From a virus (lineage: Duplodnaviria; Caudoviricetes), in IMG/VR virus record IMGVR_UViG_2974549060_000001, positions 11,765 to 75,764 of that record: a stretch of DNA of 64,000 nucleotides; one strand, written 5' to 3'. The notes under the pieces were generated by a model. The model was not told the origin of the DNA. It was given only the letters and a program-made list of their open reading frames with translations, and searched no databases. Of the stretch, positions 52,433-62,832 are shown piece by piece. Each line of letters begins with the position of its first letter. The stretch's first letter is position 1. The position numbers and the translations under genes were made by a program.

Positions 52433-52494
52433 AAGTAAAACATTTGGATGTGCAGTGGGTATGCCTTAAGTATTACCGCACATCCTGGCAGATA

Positions 52495-53046
52495 TCAACC
52501 CAGATATGGGAGAAGTGCAGAAAAATCTGGTTCTTTGAAAGTGACCATGTTTTTCAGGAACTTTCCTTCCGGGTAGAACTTACCGTTCAGTTTGATATCA
52601 CGCTTGACCTTAATGCACATGGTCGGGTAATCGCCGTGCAGATATAAGTCATCCGGCCGGAAGCCGAGATCGTAGTAATAAGACAGGGCTTTCACTTTGT
52701 CTTCTTCCTGCGAGATGAACTTACTCATGTTGGAATCATGCACCAACTGGTACACTGCATTACCGTCGAAGCCAGCAACATGAGCTATCCCATCGTTCAC
52801 AGTGGTCAAGTCACCCTGGGCATCCAGCAGACCTACCAGGTCAACACCGGCTTCGCCATTATATTCAGGGTTCCAACCCCACATAACCTTTTTGCCAGGG
52901 TGGGCAGCTTCAACCATCTCGATAGCTTCCTCTAAACAGAGCAGTGCCTGTTTACGGATTGCCTTAACATTCGGATTGTTAAGATCGCCTTTAGCGTTAC
53001 CGAATGCTAAATTAAGAGCAGTTACTTTTTCAAAGGTAGTTTGCAC
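52495..53046 (-). CDS. MazG-like / PRA-PH-like NTP pyrophosphohydrolase
   Basis: CLEEAIEM, LLDAQGDL, VHDSNMSK. Confidence 0.8.
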   Translation of the reverse strand: MQTTFEKVTALNLAFGNAKGDLNNPNVKAIRKQALLCLEEAIEMVEAAHPGKKVMWGWNPEYNGEAGVDLVGLLDAQGDLTTVNDGIAHVAGFDGNAVYQLVHDSNMSKFISQEEDKVKALSYYYDLGFRPDDLYLHGDYPTMCIKVKRDIKLNGKFYPEGKFLKNMVTFKEPDFSALLPYLG

Positions 53047-53114
53047 GGAAAGGTTTCCTTTCTGGTTTATTTGACAATAATGGGTGAAGTTTATTTCACC
53101 AGAGTAGAGGACAT

Positions 53115-55352
53115 ATGACTGACCTTGCCCCCGATGATGTAAAGATGTTCCCTGGGGAAGAGGTGCAGAAGCTAACGGACTGGTCTCGTGAACCGGGAAT
53201 CAACATCTTCAAACAGGACTTACAGAGCTGCGAAACTTCGCACCAAGCTCAGATGACCAAAGTTGATGAATGGAATGATTACCGTAACGCTACCGGCAAA
53301 GCTGCACCGAAAACCACCAAGGGACAATCTAAAGTTCAGCCAAAGCTGATTCGTAAGCAGGCTGAGTGGCGTTATGCTGCATTATCAGAACCATTCCTGG
53401 CAAGCCCAGATCTGTTCAAAGTCTCCCCAATAACCTGGGAAGATAAGAAAGGGGCGGTGCAGAATGAGCTTCTGCTTAATATGCAGTTCACCAATAAGAT
53501 GAACCGAGTTGCATTTATCGACGAGTACGTCCGTGCTGCTGTCGATGAAGGCACCGTTGTGCTGCGTACTGGTTGGGATTTCGAGGAAGTCACTGAGACT
53601 GTCCCGGAACCTATCTACCAGGGTGTGGTCGATCCGCAAATCGGACAGATCTATCAGCAGATGCAACAACTGGAAATGGAAAATCCAGTCCAGCTTCTGG
53701 GCTTAGACCAGTCGCTGCAAGATGGGTATGCCCAGTTCAAACAGACTGGCTTACCGATTCGTTTGATTCAGACCGGCGTACAGATGGTTGAAAGACCTCG
53801 TACCGTGAAGAACCAACCTACTCTGGAAGTATGCCGTCTGGCTAACCTCTACATCGACCCTTCCTGTAACGGTGATATTAAAAAAGCTAACTTCGTCATT
53901 TACGCTTTCGAGACTTCGTTAGCGGAACTGAAATCCGAAGGCCGTTACCGCAATCTGGAGAAACTCAATGTCTCATCTGAATCGCCTCTTTCGGCTCCGA
54001 ACTTTACCGCAAACTCAGCCCCTGACTTCCAGCCAGCCGGAAAATCTCGTAAGCGAATTGTTGCTTACGAGTATTGGGGATATTGGGATATTGACGGTAG
54101 TGGTACTCTTACTGCCATTGTTGGCACATGGGTAGGTAACACGCTAATCCGCCTGGAAGAGAACCCCTTCCCTGGTGGTGAGCTGCCATTCACTATCGTT
54201 CAGTATCTGCCGGTACGTAAGGCTGTTTACGGTGAACCAGATGGCGAACTCCTGAAAGATAATCAGGATATCGCTGGTGCTGTAACCCGTGGGATGATTG
54301 ACCTTCTCGGCAAATCGGCTAACTCGCAGACTGGCTTCGCCAAGTCTCTGCTCGATAGCCTCAACAAGAAGCGATATCAGCAAGGTGTGGACTACGAGTT
54401 TAACCCCGGGATTACTCCTGAGTCTGGTATCTACACCCACAAGTACCCGGAAATTCCGGTATCTGCCCAGTACATGCTCAGCCTCATGAACACCGAAGCC
54501 GAATCCATGACCGGCGTAAAAGCATTCGCTAACACTGGTTTGGACGGTGACTCCCTCGGTGGTACAGCTACTGCTGTCCGTGGGGCACTCGATGCAGCAA
54601 GCAAACGTGAGATGGGTATCCTTCGTCGTCTGTCAACGGGCCTCGTGGAAGTTGCACGGAAGTGCATCGCCATGAATGCCATTTGGCTGGATGAAGAAGA
54701 AGTTGTTCGTGTGACCGAAGACGAGTTTGTCCCGGTACGTCGTGATGACCTGAAAGGGGACTTCGACCTTAAGGTAACTATCTCGACTGCTGAGGCAGAT
54801 GAGCAGCAGGCTCAAGACCTGGCCTTCATGTTGCAAACTCTCGGCAACAATATGGACTTCGGTATGACTCAGATAATCCTGGGTGAGATTGCCCGTCTGC
54901 GTAAAATGCCAGAACTGCAACACAAAATCATGACGTTCCAACCGCAGCCTGACCCAATGCAGCAAGCAATCCAACAAGCTCAGCTTGAACTGCTGCACGC
55001 CCAGATTGAACTTACCCGTAACCAAGCTGCCGAAGCTGGTACTAAAGGTATGCTCAACCAAAGCAAGGTTCCTGTTGAAGCAGCTCGTGCCAACCATATT
55101 CAATCCACTGCGGATAAGAATAACCTGGACTTCCTCCAGGAACAGAACGGCACGAAGCACCAACAACAAATGGAACTCAATCGCCAGAAAACTGATGAGC
55201 AGATGGCACTGGATGGGTATAAGACGGAGCAGCAAAGTACGCTGGCCCGACTGCAACATAACCTGTCCTTGCTACAGCAACATGCTAAGTCCACTCTGGA
55301 TAGCCGGAACCAACGTATGAATAACGCTGGACGAACACTGGCAACTGCGTAA
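53115..55352 (+). CDS. portal protein (N4 gp59-like)
   Basis: QPKLIRKQAEWRYAALSEPFL, VYGEPDGELL, TGVKAF. Confidence 0.93.
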   Translation: MTDLAPDDVKMFPGEEVQKLTDWSREPGINIFKQDLQSCETSHQAQMTKVDEWNDYRNATGKAAPKTTKGQSKVQPKLIRKQAEWRYAALSEPFLASPDLFKVSPITWEDKKGAVQNELLLNMQFTNKMNRVAFIDEYVRAAVDEGTVVLRTGWDFEEVTETVPEPIYQGVVDPQIGQIYQQMQQLEMENPVQLLGLDQSLQDGYAQFKQTGLPIRLIQTGVQMVERPRTVKNQPTLEVCRLANLYIDPSCNGDIKKANFVIYAFETSLAELKSEGRYRNLEKLNVSSESPLSAPNFTANSAPDFQPAGKSRKRIVAYEYWGYWDIDGSGTLTAIVGTWVGNTLIRLEENPFPGGELPFTIVQYLPVRKAVYGEPDGELLKDNQDIAGAVTRGMIDLLGKSANSQTGFAKSLLDSLNKKRYQQGVDYEFNPGITPESGIYTHKYPEIPVSAQYMLSLMNTEAESMTGVKAFANTGLDGDSLGGTATAVRGALDAASKREMGILRRLSTGLVEVARKCIAMNAIWLDEEEVVRVTEDEFVPVRRDDLKGDFDLKVTISTAEADEQQAQDLAFMLQTLGNNMDFGMTQIILGEIARLRKMPELQHKIMTFQPQPDPMQQAIQQAQLELLHAQIELTRNQAAEAGTKGMLNQSKVPVEAARANHIQSTADKNNLDFLQEQNGTKHQQQMELNRQKTDEQMALDGYKTEQQSTLARLQHNLSLLQQHAKSTLDSRNQRMNNAGRTLATA

Positions 55353-55419
55353 AACTATAGGCAGGCTGGATAATTTAATGTATTGTCCACCTGCCTTAAC
55401 TTAAAACCGAGGTAACTGT

Positions 55420-55746
55420 ATGTCCCTTGAAGATGCTATCGAAAGCCAATTGAAACGTGATAAACGAACTCTTGAGCGGGGCAAGTCGTTACAACGACTA
55501 CTGAACAGCTCAGATTTTAAATCCGTTATCGTTAACGGCTTCCTCCGGGAGTATGCACTCCGCCTGGTTTACCAGCGAGCTGACTCAACCGAGGTTGGCG
55601 ATATCACCTCTCGTAAGATCGATGCAGTTGCTGAATTTAAAGCCTACCTGGATAAAATCCTGGAAGAGGCTGCAACCGCCCAGAAGTCGGTCGATGAAGC
55701 GACTGATGCTCTGGTCAAAATCAGAAATCACGAGGATGAAGCATGA
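55420..55746 (+). CDS. hypothetical protein (N4 gp58-like)
   Basis: LQRLLNSSDFKSVIVNGF; synteny. Confidence 0.7.
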   Translation: MSLEDAIESQLKRDKRTLERGKSLQRLLNSSDFKSVIVNGFLREYALRLVYQRADSTEVGDITSRKIDAVAEFKAYLDKILEEAATAQKSVDEATDALVKIRNHEDEA

Positions 55747-56915
55747 GTGGAACCGAGCAACTAGGTCAGGACATTGACGTATTCGCAATGTCGGATGACG
55801 AATTAAGCCGGTTGGATATCTCTCAATACCTGGGTGGAACCGAACCCGAAGAAGATCCCCAACCTGTCAAGACCACTACTACTGCACCGGAACCTGAGCT
55901 TGAGCCAGAACCCGGAGAAGTAGTTGATCCAAAACCAGGTGAGGAACCGGAGCCGGAACCTAAACCGGGTGAAGGTGAAGACGAGCCGCAGCCGGGGGCG
56001 AAGCCCAAAGGCAAGGCGAAGGATGAACCTGCTGCTGATCCTAAAGAGAAAACTGAGACTGATCCTGAACCTCAGAATGTACCGGATCACAAAGCGTTTT
56101 ATGAAGCTCTGACCAAACCATTTAAAGCCAATGGGCGTGACCTCCAGATTACTAATCCAGAGGAAATCATTACGCTTATGCAAATGGGCGCGAACTATAA
56201 CGCGAAGATGGCAGCTCTAAAACCCAACCGTCGCTTTATGAAGATGCTTGAGCAAAACGAGCTTCTGGACGAAGGCAAGCTGGGATTCCTTATCGACCTC
56301 AGCAAGCGCGACCCGAAAGCTATTGCCAAGCTGGTACAGGACAGCGGATTTAACCTTGACGAGTATGACCCGGAAGCCCAGGTCGATTACAAGTCGCAGC
56401 ATGTAGCACCTTCCAGCGAAGCAATTGAACTGGAAGATATCGTCACTGAGTTAGGTCAACAGCCTGGCTTCGCTGACGTACTGACTACGGTAACCACTAA
56501 CTGGGATCCGCAGAGTCAGGAGATTCTGGGTAAGAACCCGCAGATTCTGCGTGTCCTACAGAAACAAAAAGCCCTGGGCCATTTCGACCAGATCCAGGCA
56601 GAAGTCGAAAAGCAGTCATTGTTCGGGCAAGCCAATGGCATGACCACGCTTCAACTGTACTCTGCTGCTGAGCAAAAACTGATTAGCGAAGGGAAGCTGA
56701 AAGGTATGGCACCTCAACCAGAGCCGAAACCTGCCGCTGCTAATCCAGCACCAGTCACCCCTACTGCACCGGCTAAGCCTGATACAACCGCTGCAAAACG
56801 TGCTGCTGCTGCTCCAAAGCAAACCGTACAGGGCAAATCCCAACCAGTGGTGGATAATTTATTTTCACTTTCTGATGAAGAGTTTGCTAAGATTGACCCA
56901 ACTAAATTCAAGTAA
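55743..56915 (+). CDS. N4 gp57-like scaffold / tape-measure-annotated protein
   Basis: Glu-Pro-rich N-terminus; FKANGRDL..LMQMGANY; C-terminal LSDEEFAK. Confidence 0.8.
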   Translation: MSGTEQLGQDIDVFAMSDDELSRLDISQYLGGTEPEEDPQPVKTTTTAPEPELEPEPGEVVDPKPGEEPEPEPKPGEGEDEPQPGAKPKGKAKDEPAADPKEKTETDPEPQNVPDHKAFYEALTKPFKANGRDLQITNPEEIITLMQMGANYNAKMAALKPNRRFMKMLEQNELLDEGKLGFLIDLSKRDPKAIAKLVQDSGFNLDEYDPEAQVDYKSQHVAPSSEAIELEDIVTELGQQPGFADVLTTVTTNWDPQSQEILGKNPQILRVLQKQKALGHFDQIQAEVEKQSLFGQANGMTTLQLYSAAEQKLISEGKLKGMAPQPEPKPAAANPAPVTPTAPAKPDTTAAKRAAAAPKQTVQGKSQPVVDNLFSLSDEEFAKIDPTKFK

Positions 56916-56929
56916 GAGGCTGATCAGCT

Positions 56930-58102
56930 ATGGCACATCAATATAAAGACCCCATTAACGATCGCGAGTCCAGCATTGGCCCGCAGATCGTTACTGCGTA
57001 CTACCAGCGTAAGGCGCTGGAGGAACTGCGTAAAGAACAGTTCTTCACCCAACTGGCTCACGCTCAGTCTATCCCACCGAACTTCGGTAAGACGATTAAG
57101 CGTTTCCACTACATGCCTATCCTCGACGACCGCAACGTCAACGATGAAGGTATCGACGCAACCGGTGCGAAAATCATCAACGGTAACCTGTACGGATCCA
57201 GCAAAGATATCGGTGCTGTTCCTGGTAAACTGCCGGTACTGGGTGAGAACGGCGGTCGTGTTAACCGTGTTGGCGTTACTCGTCTGGAGCTGGAAGGCAC
57301 CTTCGAGAAATTCGGTTTCTTCACTGAGTACACTCGTGACTCTCTGAACTTCGACACCGATGCTGACCTGTTGATGCACATCAACCGTGAGCTGCTGACT
57401 GCTGCAAACCAGATCACCGAAGATGCCCTGGGCATCGACCTGATCAACAACGCCGGTACTATCCGTTACGCCGGTGAAGCTACTCAACGTAGCGAACTCG
57501 GCCAGAACGATATCGTGACCTATGTTGACCTGATGCGTCTGTCTATCGACCTCGATAACAACCGCACCCCGAAACACACCACGATCCTGACCGGTACTCG
57601 TAACATCGATACCCGTGTCGTTCCGGCTGCACGTTATGCGTATATCGGCTCCGAGCTGATCCCTACACTGCGTGCAATGGTTGACCTACATGGCAACCCG
57701 GCGTTCATCTCTGCTGAGCACTATGCTGGGGGTACTACCCTGGCAAACGGTGAAGTAGGTCAGATTGACCAGTTCCGTTTCATCGTTAACCCGAACATGT
57801 TCAAGTGGGGCGGTGCCGGTGCAACTCTGGAATCTGGCGATGACGCTGTTTATTACAACAACGGCGAGAACTATGACGTATTCCCGATCCTGGTAGTTGG
57901 TGACGAGTCCTTCGCGACCATCACCTTCCAGACTTCGGGCAATACCGTTAAGTTCGAAATCAACCACAAAAAACCTGGCGACAATCTTGACCGTCTGGAT
58001 CCGTATGGCGAAACTGGCTTCATCTCCATTCGCTGGTTCTACGGCTTCATGGCTCTGCGTCCTGAGCGTATCGCACTAGTAATGACCGCAGCTAAGATGT
58101 AA
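56930..58102 (+). CDS. major capsid protein, N4-gp56 family
   Basis: YMPILDDRNVNDEGIDATG, GRVNRVG, DPYGETGF..WFYG. Confidence 0.95.
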   Translation: MAHQYKDPINDRESSIGPQIVTAYYQRKALEELRKEQFFTQLAHAQSIPPNFGKTIKRFHYMPILDDRNVNDEGIDATGAKIINGNLYGSSKDIGAVPGKLPVLGENGGRVNRVGVTRLELEGTFEKFGFFTEYTRDSLNFDTDADLLMHINRELLTAANQITEDALGIDLINNAGTIRYAGEATQRSELGQNDIVTYVDLMRLSIDLDNNRTPKHTTILTGTRNIDTRVVPAARYAYIGSELIPTLRAMVDLHGNPAFISAEHYAGGTTLANGEVGQIDQFRFIVNPNMFKWGGAGATLESGDDAVYYNNGENYDVFPILVVGDESFATITFQTSGNTVKFEINHKKPGDNLDRLDPYGETGFISIRWFYGFMALRPERIALVMTAAKM

Positions 58103-58137
58103 TTCTGGCTTCGGACAGTGAGTTGAGCTAAGCTAAG

Positions 58138-58163
58138 GCCGGGGATAATTCCCCGGCTTTTTT
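58138..58163 (+). terminator. intrinsic terminator after the capsid gene
   Basis: GCCGGGGA-TAAT-TCCCCGGCTTTTTT. Confidence 0.9.
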
Positions 58164-58190
58164 ATATCTAACCTACTAGGATTTATTTTT

Positions 58191-58772
58191 ATGTCAGAAG
58201 TCGATGAAACCCTGAACCACGAAGATGACCTGCCTCAGCAGGATGAGCGTGCTGCACTCGAAGCGCGTGCCCGTATCCTTAACATCAACTTCCACACCAA
58301 CATCTCTACGGACAAACTCCGTGAGCGTGTTAACGCTGCTATCCAGGGCACTACACCGGAAGCTGAAACTGAACGCCCTGCTAAAGGCGAGTCTGACGTA
58401 GCCCGTCGTAGCCGCCTGAAAAAAGAAGCCAGCAAGCTGGTACGTATCCGCATCCACTGTAATGACCCGGCTAAGAAAGACTGGCCTGGTGAATATATTA
58501 CCGTGGGTAACAACGCGGTCGGCACCTATCGTAAATACGTACCGTACAACCAGGACGAACCTACTCACATTCCTCAGATCATGTTTAATGCTCTGCGTGA
58601 AAAACGTGTGCAGGTCTTCGCTACCAAAAAAGGTAAGAACGGTATTCCGATCCGCGAAGCTAAATCTATCGCTGCTTACTCCATCGAAGTGATGCAACCG
58701 TTGACTCAGGAAGAGTTAGACGAGCTGGCTCGCTCTCAGGTGGCCCGTAATGCACTGAGCGACAACGCATAA
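58191..58772 (+). CDS. virion-associated protein (N4 gp55-like)
   Basis: KLVRIRIHCNDPAKKDWPGE; synteny. Confidence 0.75.
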   Translation: MSEVDETLNHEDDLPQQDERAALEARARILNINFHTNISTDKLRERVNAAIQGTTPEAETERPAKGESDVARRSRLKKEASKLVRIRIHCNDPAKKDWPGEYITVGNNAVGTYRKYVPYNQDEPTHIPQIMFNALREKRVQVFATKKGKNGIPIREAKSIAAYSIEVMQPLTQEELDELARSQVARNALSDNA

Positions 58773-58783
58773 GGTAAAACCAG

Positions 58784-59572
58784 ATGGCAGAGATTATTGT
58801 TCCACCCGACGTAACCAGCGACCCATTAGTCATTACCGACCTGACACTCAAAACGTTAGACGGTACTGGCGTACTGGATCAGATGTTGGCTACTATGCGT
58901 GTCCATCTGGGTGAGCAGTTTGATAAAGAGCGTATTCAGGGAACCGAATATGCTGAGGTGTACCTCGGTGCATTTCAGTCAACGCTCGCTGCTGCCATCC
59001 AGTTCCTCCTAGCCCGGCGTAAGCTGGGCTTAGACCTTAAGTTGCAAGAGGCTCAGATTAGTCTAACCGCCGCCCAGGAAGAACAGATTCGTGCAGAGAT
59101 GCAGAAGGTTCCTCTGGAGATGGCCCAGATTACTGCCCAAACCAATCTGGTAATTAAACAGACTGAGTTAGCTGATAAACAGCTTGCTCAAGCCGATAAG
59201 CAACTTGAATTGCTGGATGCTCAGGTACAAGTTCAACTTAAACAGCTTGACCTGATGGCCGAACAACTTGAACAGGCTAAAGCCCAAACTGCCTACTATG
59301 AGCAACGTACCATTACGGAGAAAGCTCAGACCTCGGCTGGTGTGGCTGCAACTGGTTCCGTTATCGGTACTCAGGTTGCACTGATGAACAAACAGGCTGA
59401 CGGTTATGACCGTAACGCTGAACAGCAAGCTGCTCAGATCTGGGCTAACACCTGGAACGTTCGTCGTCAGACCGATGAGGACACCATCGCTGATAGCACT
59501 AACCACCTGTCAGATGCTGACCTCGGTAAGGTTATGACGAAGCTGGCCTCAGGTATCAACGTGGTTCTGTAA
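58784..59572 (+). CDS. structural protein (N4 gp54-like)
   Basis: DGTGVLDQML..RIQGTEYAEVYLG; coiled coil. Confidence 0.8.
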   Translation: MAEIIVPPDVTSDPLVITDLTLKTLDGTGVLDQMLATMRVHLGEQFDKERIQGTEYAEVYLGAFQSTLAAAIQFLLARRKLGLDLKLQEAQISLTAAQEEQIRAEMQKVPLEMAQITAQTNLVIKQTELADKQLAQADKQLELLDAQVQVQLKQLDLMAEQLEQAKAQTAYYEQRTITEKAQTSAGVAATGSVIGTQVALMNKQADGYDRNAEQQAAQIWANTWNVRRQTDEDTIADSTNHLSDADLGKVMTKLASGINVVL

Positions 59573-59597
59573 TCACTCTGGTTTAAAGGTATACTCA

Positions 59598-59619
59598 AGG
59601 GAGCTTATGGCTCCCTTTT
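59598..59619 (+). terminator. intrinsic terminator
   Basis: AGGGAGC-TTATG-GCTCCCTTTT. Confidence 0.75.
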
Positions 59620-59635
59620 CATTGTGAGGTTCCCG

Positions 59636-62410
59636 ATGGGATTATTCGGCAGTAAGAAGAAGACCTACCGTGACCTGTCGTACTCCCGGCTTATCGAAGA
59701 TGACTATCTGCCGGATGTTATCGGCCAGGCCATTACCACTTATGTACTCGACGAAGACAATACAACAAGTCTGGCCGACCTGATGATCGAGTATGGGTGG
59801 AAGAGTAACGCTGTTAAATGGAATGCTGCTTACCGCTGGGCAAGTAAACCCGGTAAGTATGCCTATGGTATTCCAGGGGCATCCATCGTAAGCCAAACGG
59901 ATTTTACCGGGGCTGCATCCCTCAATGAGGTATTGGAGTCACTGACCGGGCAGACCAACCTGAATTACATCTACAGCAAATTTGGCTCTATCAACATGCG
60001 TCATGCCATGTGGCAGTTGCTAATTAGCCAGTATTCTTACAACGCCACCACCAACCAACTCAATGGGCTGAATACTTCATTGGGGGCTACGGCATATCTG
60101 TACTCAGCCAAATCATTTTTCAATGCCCAAGTCTGGTTACTGGCAGATCCGTTTACCCTGGAACATTGGGGCTTCTCCCCGGAATCCGGTGCAACGCAGA
60201 ACCGTGCTCAGAACTTAGCCGCTGCTGATGTGTCAGATGGTACTGCCATTGGTGAAGAGAACTATACCCGTGTGGAATACACCTTTCGTTTCACTGGCTT
60301 GACCCAGACTGACGTTGTAACCACTACGGAAGTAGAGACTACTGTTCGCACACCGAATGGATCTGGTGGTTATGAAGATGAGACTACGACCACCAACAGT
60401 GATTCTACGTCCACGACAACGGATGATAATGGGCAGACTCTGCCTCCGGCATCCAACATCGTAAGCCAGGACAAGACCGTAACGGGTACCACTACCAATA
60501 CTGAAACTGACGATCCTACCACTACTACGACTACTGACCCGGATACCGGTGTCATTACCATTGTGAAGACTACCGTTAGCCGTAAGACTACGGTTACGAC
60601 TTCCAGCAATGATGTGGTGGCATTCTTCAATATGGGCTTCGGCCAGTACGATTATTCCTCTGACTTGTTCGTCGATACCACAACGGTACTTGACGACAAC
60701 GACATGAATAACTACGACCCAGATGCTGTACTGGATCCATCCGGGGAAAGTGTTGGTGGGGATGACGATTACTTCCAGGTGCTGTTCACCTATGACGTGG
60801 GGGATACCACCCACATCGGGTACTTCACTTATCAGTACGGTTCCGGTAACTATCCAGACCTGGATGGTATCTCCGATACCACGGTAACAGATTTTGGTAA
60901 GTCATACCCTCGAATGTATTTCCGACTGGGTGGCAACAAGCTGTCCGATTCACGTTATGTGGACACGGCTGCTTACAAGACCTCCATCAAGTTTGGTAAG
61001 AAACTCGATATGGACTGGCTTGAGATTCTGGGCAAGATTTATGACAGCCTCAGCTCACTGGGTAAAATTCGTGACGTACTGATGATTCAGTGTGTCCCGG
61101 CCAATACGAGTAATAAGCTGGAGCAAGAATACCTGTTCCGTTATTTCAAAACGTTATATGGCATCCGACCTGTTATAGCCGATTCGAATACCGGTACTAC
61201 TACCGTAATGGGTGAGGGTGAGGGTAGTTCTACCCGTCCGACAACTGATTACGATACGTATGCTGCCCACGCCGGTGCGACTATGAAGTCCACTGACGGG
61301 ACGATTAACGTCTATAACACAATGGATGCTATCGGCTGGCGAAGCATTACAGGATCGATTGGCCCGGTCGGTACAGTGTCCTCTGGGCGGGGCACTGGGA
61401 CTAAGCTCGTAATTTACATGCGTACTACCAGTGACGACCGTGGTAAGAACTCAACCCAAACGACATATGGCACGGAAAACACCAGCTATCACTACTACCG
61501 TATGCAGATTTCTGACACGGTGTACGAAGAAGTCCGGGTGTATGAGTTAAGCCATAAAGTCGATGTAGGTGGTAAAGGGGTAGGGCGATCCGGTGACAGT
61601 GATGAACTGATGGTTCCACTGGATTATGCTTTCCGTAAAGAGTTCTCCCCCCATGAGCGTGAAACCCTCTATGCACGGGCAACCCACATCCTGATCTGTA
61701 CGGAATACACGGTTAAAACCAAATGGTATCAATCGGGTATTTTCAAAGCAGTGGTTGTGGTGATTGCTGTTGTGCTGTCCTGGTGGACGGGAGGTGCGTC
61801 ACTATCGCTCATCGGCGTGGTTACTGCGGCTGCTACTGCGATAGGGGCTATGGTGGTTATGACCCTACTTAGTAAATATGTGTTCAGTAAACTGGGTGGG
61901 GTATTTGCTATCATCGCTACTGTAGTAGCTATTGCTGTTGCTATCTATACTGGTTACCTGTATCTGACCAGCACAACCGGCCCATTCAGTGTTACAGCCA
62001 CGCAGATGATGCTGGTGAGTAACGTTGCATTTCAGGCGGCCCAGTCTGCACAACAAGGCGTTATAGCCAAAGAGCTGCAGAAGATTGCCACGCTGGAAGA
62101 AGAGATCGCTGATAAGCAAGAAGCATTGGAGGTAGCTCAGAAGGAACTGGCTAACCCTTACAACACGATTGAGGATGGTGTATTCCTCAAGGCCATTCAG
62201 GGCTACGCTTATCTGGGGGAAAAACCCCAGGAGTATTTTGCTCGTACCCTGAATACCAACATCGGTGTTGAAACAAATAATCTGGTTGATATGTATTACA
62301 GTCAGTCTACCGAACTTCCTTCGGATGTGGCTATTAACCAGCTTATACTGCAAAATATCCAAAGACCGTTCGAACTCTTTAATGAGTTGAGCAATCTTAT
62401 TAACCAATAG
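59636..62410 (+). CDS. large virion / ejection protein (N4 gp53-like)
   Basis: MGLFGSKKK start; VKTKWYQSGIFK followed by TM segments; Thr-rich insert. Confidence 0.8.
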   Translation: MGLFGSKKKTYRDLSYSRLIEDDYLPDVIGQAITTYVLDEDNTTSLADLMIEYGWKSNAVKWNAAYRWASKPGKYAYGIPGASIVSQTDFTGAASLNEVLESLTGQTNLNYIYSKFGSINMRHAMWQLLISQYSYNATTNQLNGLNTSLGATAYLYSAKSFFNAQVWLLADPFTLEHWGFSPESGATQNRAQNLAAADVSDGTAIGEENYTRVEYTFRFTGLTQTDVVTTTEVETTVRTPNGSGGYEDETTTTNSDSTSTTTDDNGQTLPPASNIVSQDKTVTGTTTNTETDDPTTTTTTDPDTGVITIVKTTVSRKTTVTTSSNDVVAFFNMGFGQYDYSSDLFVDTTTVLDDNDMNNYDPDAVLDPSGESVGGDDDYFQVLFTYDVGDTTHIGYFTYQYGSGNYPDLDGISDTTVTDFGKSYPRMYFRLGGNKLSDSRYVDTAAYKTSIKFGKKLDMDWLEILGKIYDSLSSLGKIRDVLMIQCVPANTSNKLEQEYLFRYFKTLYGIRPVIADSNTGTTTVMGEGEGSSTRPTTDYDTYAAHAGATMKSTDGTINVYNTMDAIGWRSITGSIGPVGTVSSGRGTGTKLVIYMRTTSDDRGKNSTQTTYGTENTSYHYYRMQISDTVYEEVRVYELSHKVDVGGKGVGRSGDSDELMVPLDYAFRKEFSPHERETLYARATHILICTEYTVKTKWYQSGIFKAVVVVIAVVLSWWTGGASLSLIGVVTAAATAIGAMVVMTLLSKYVFSKLGGVFAIIATVVAIAVAIYTGYLYLTSTTGPFSVTATQMMLVSNVAFQAAQSAQQGVIAKELQKIATLEEEIADKQEALEVAQKELANPYNTIEDGVFLKAIQGYAYLGEKPQEYFARTLNTNIGVETNNLVDMYYSQSTELPSDVAINQLILQNIQRPFELFNELSNLINQ

Positions 62411-62418
62411 GAGGATTC

Positions 62419-62832
62419 ATGGGTGACTTAACTTCCTTCATCCAGAACCTGTTTGGTGGGGGTAGTACGGCGGATTCAGTGCCTATTACTCCTAATATGG
62501 CCGGGGCTAGTATCAGCTCTAATGCCGCGCCGAACTCGTTTAATACCCCGACTGTTAGCGGTGCCCTGGGTACTGGTATGTCTGGTTTGCAATTAGGCCA
62601 GCTTGGGTTGGGTGCTGCTAATGGCCTGCTCAATGGTTATCTCGGTTTCCAGAACCTCAGCCTTGCTAAAAACCAGGCTCGTCAGGCTCAACAGAACTGG
62701 GATAAACAGTGGTCTGCCAATGTGAAGAACACCAATGCTGCTCTGTCTGACCGACAGACTGCTCGTGTTGCTTCGAACCCTAATGCGTATGAGTCCGTGG
62801 ACTCTTACATGAAAAAATACGGGATCAGCTAA
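62419..62832 (+). CDS. small structural protein (N4 gp52-like)
   Basis: LSDRQTARVASNPNAYESVDSYMKKYG. Confidence 0.75.
   Translation: MGDLTSFIQNLFGGGSTADSVPITPNMAGASISSNAAPNSFNTPTVSGALGTGMSGLQLGQLGLGAANGLLNGYLGFQNLSLAKNQARQAQQNWDKQWSANVKNTNAALSDRQTARVASNPNAYESVDSYMKKYGIS

Noticed and set aside
53071-53100. TTGACA upstream of the portal as a sigma70 promoter
   Set aside because: No acceptable -10 hexamer at 16-18 nt spacing; not supportable from sequence alone.
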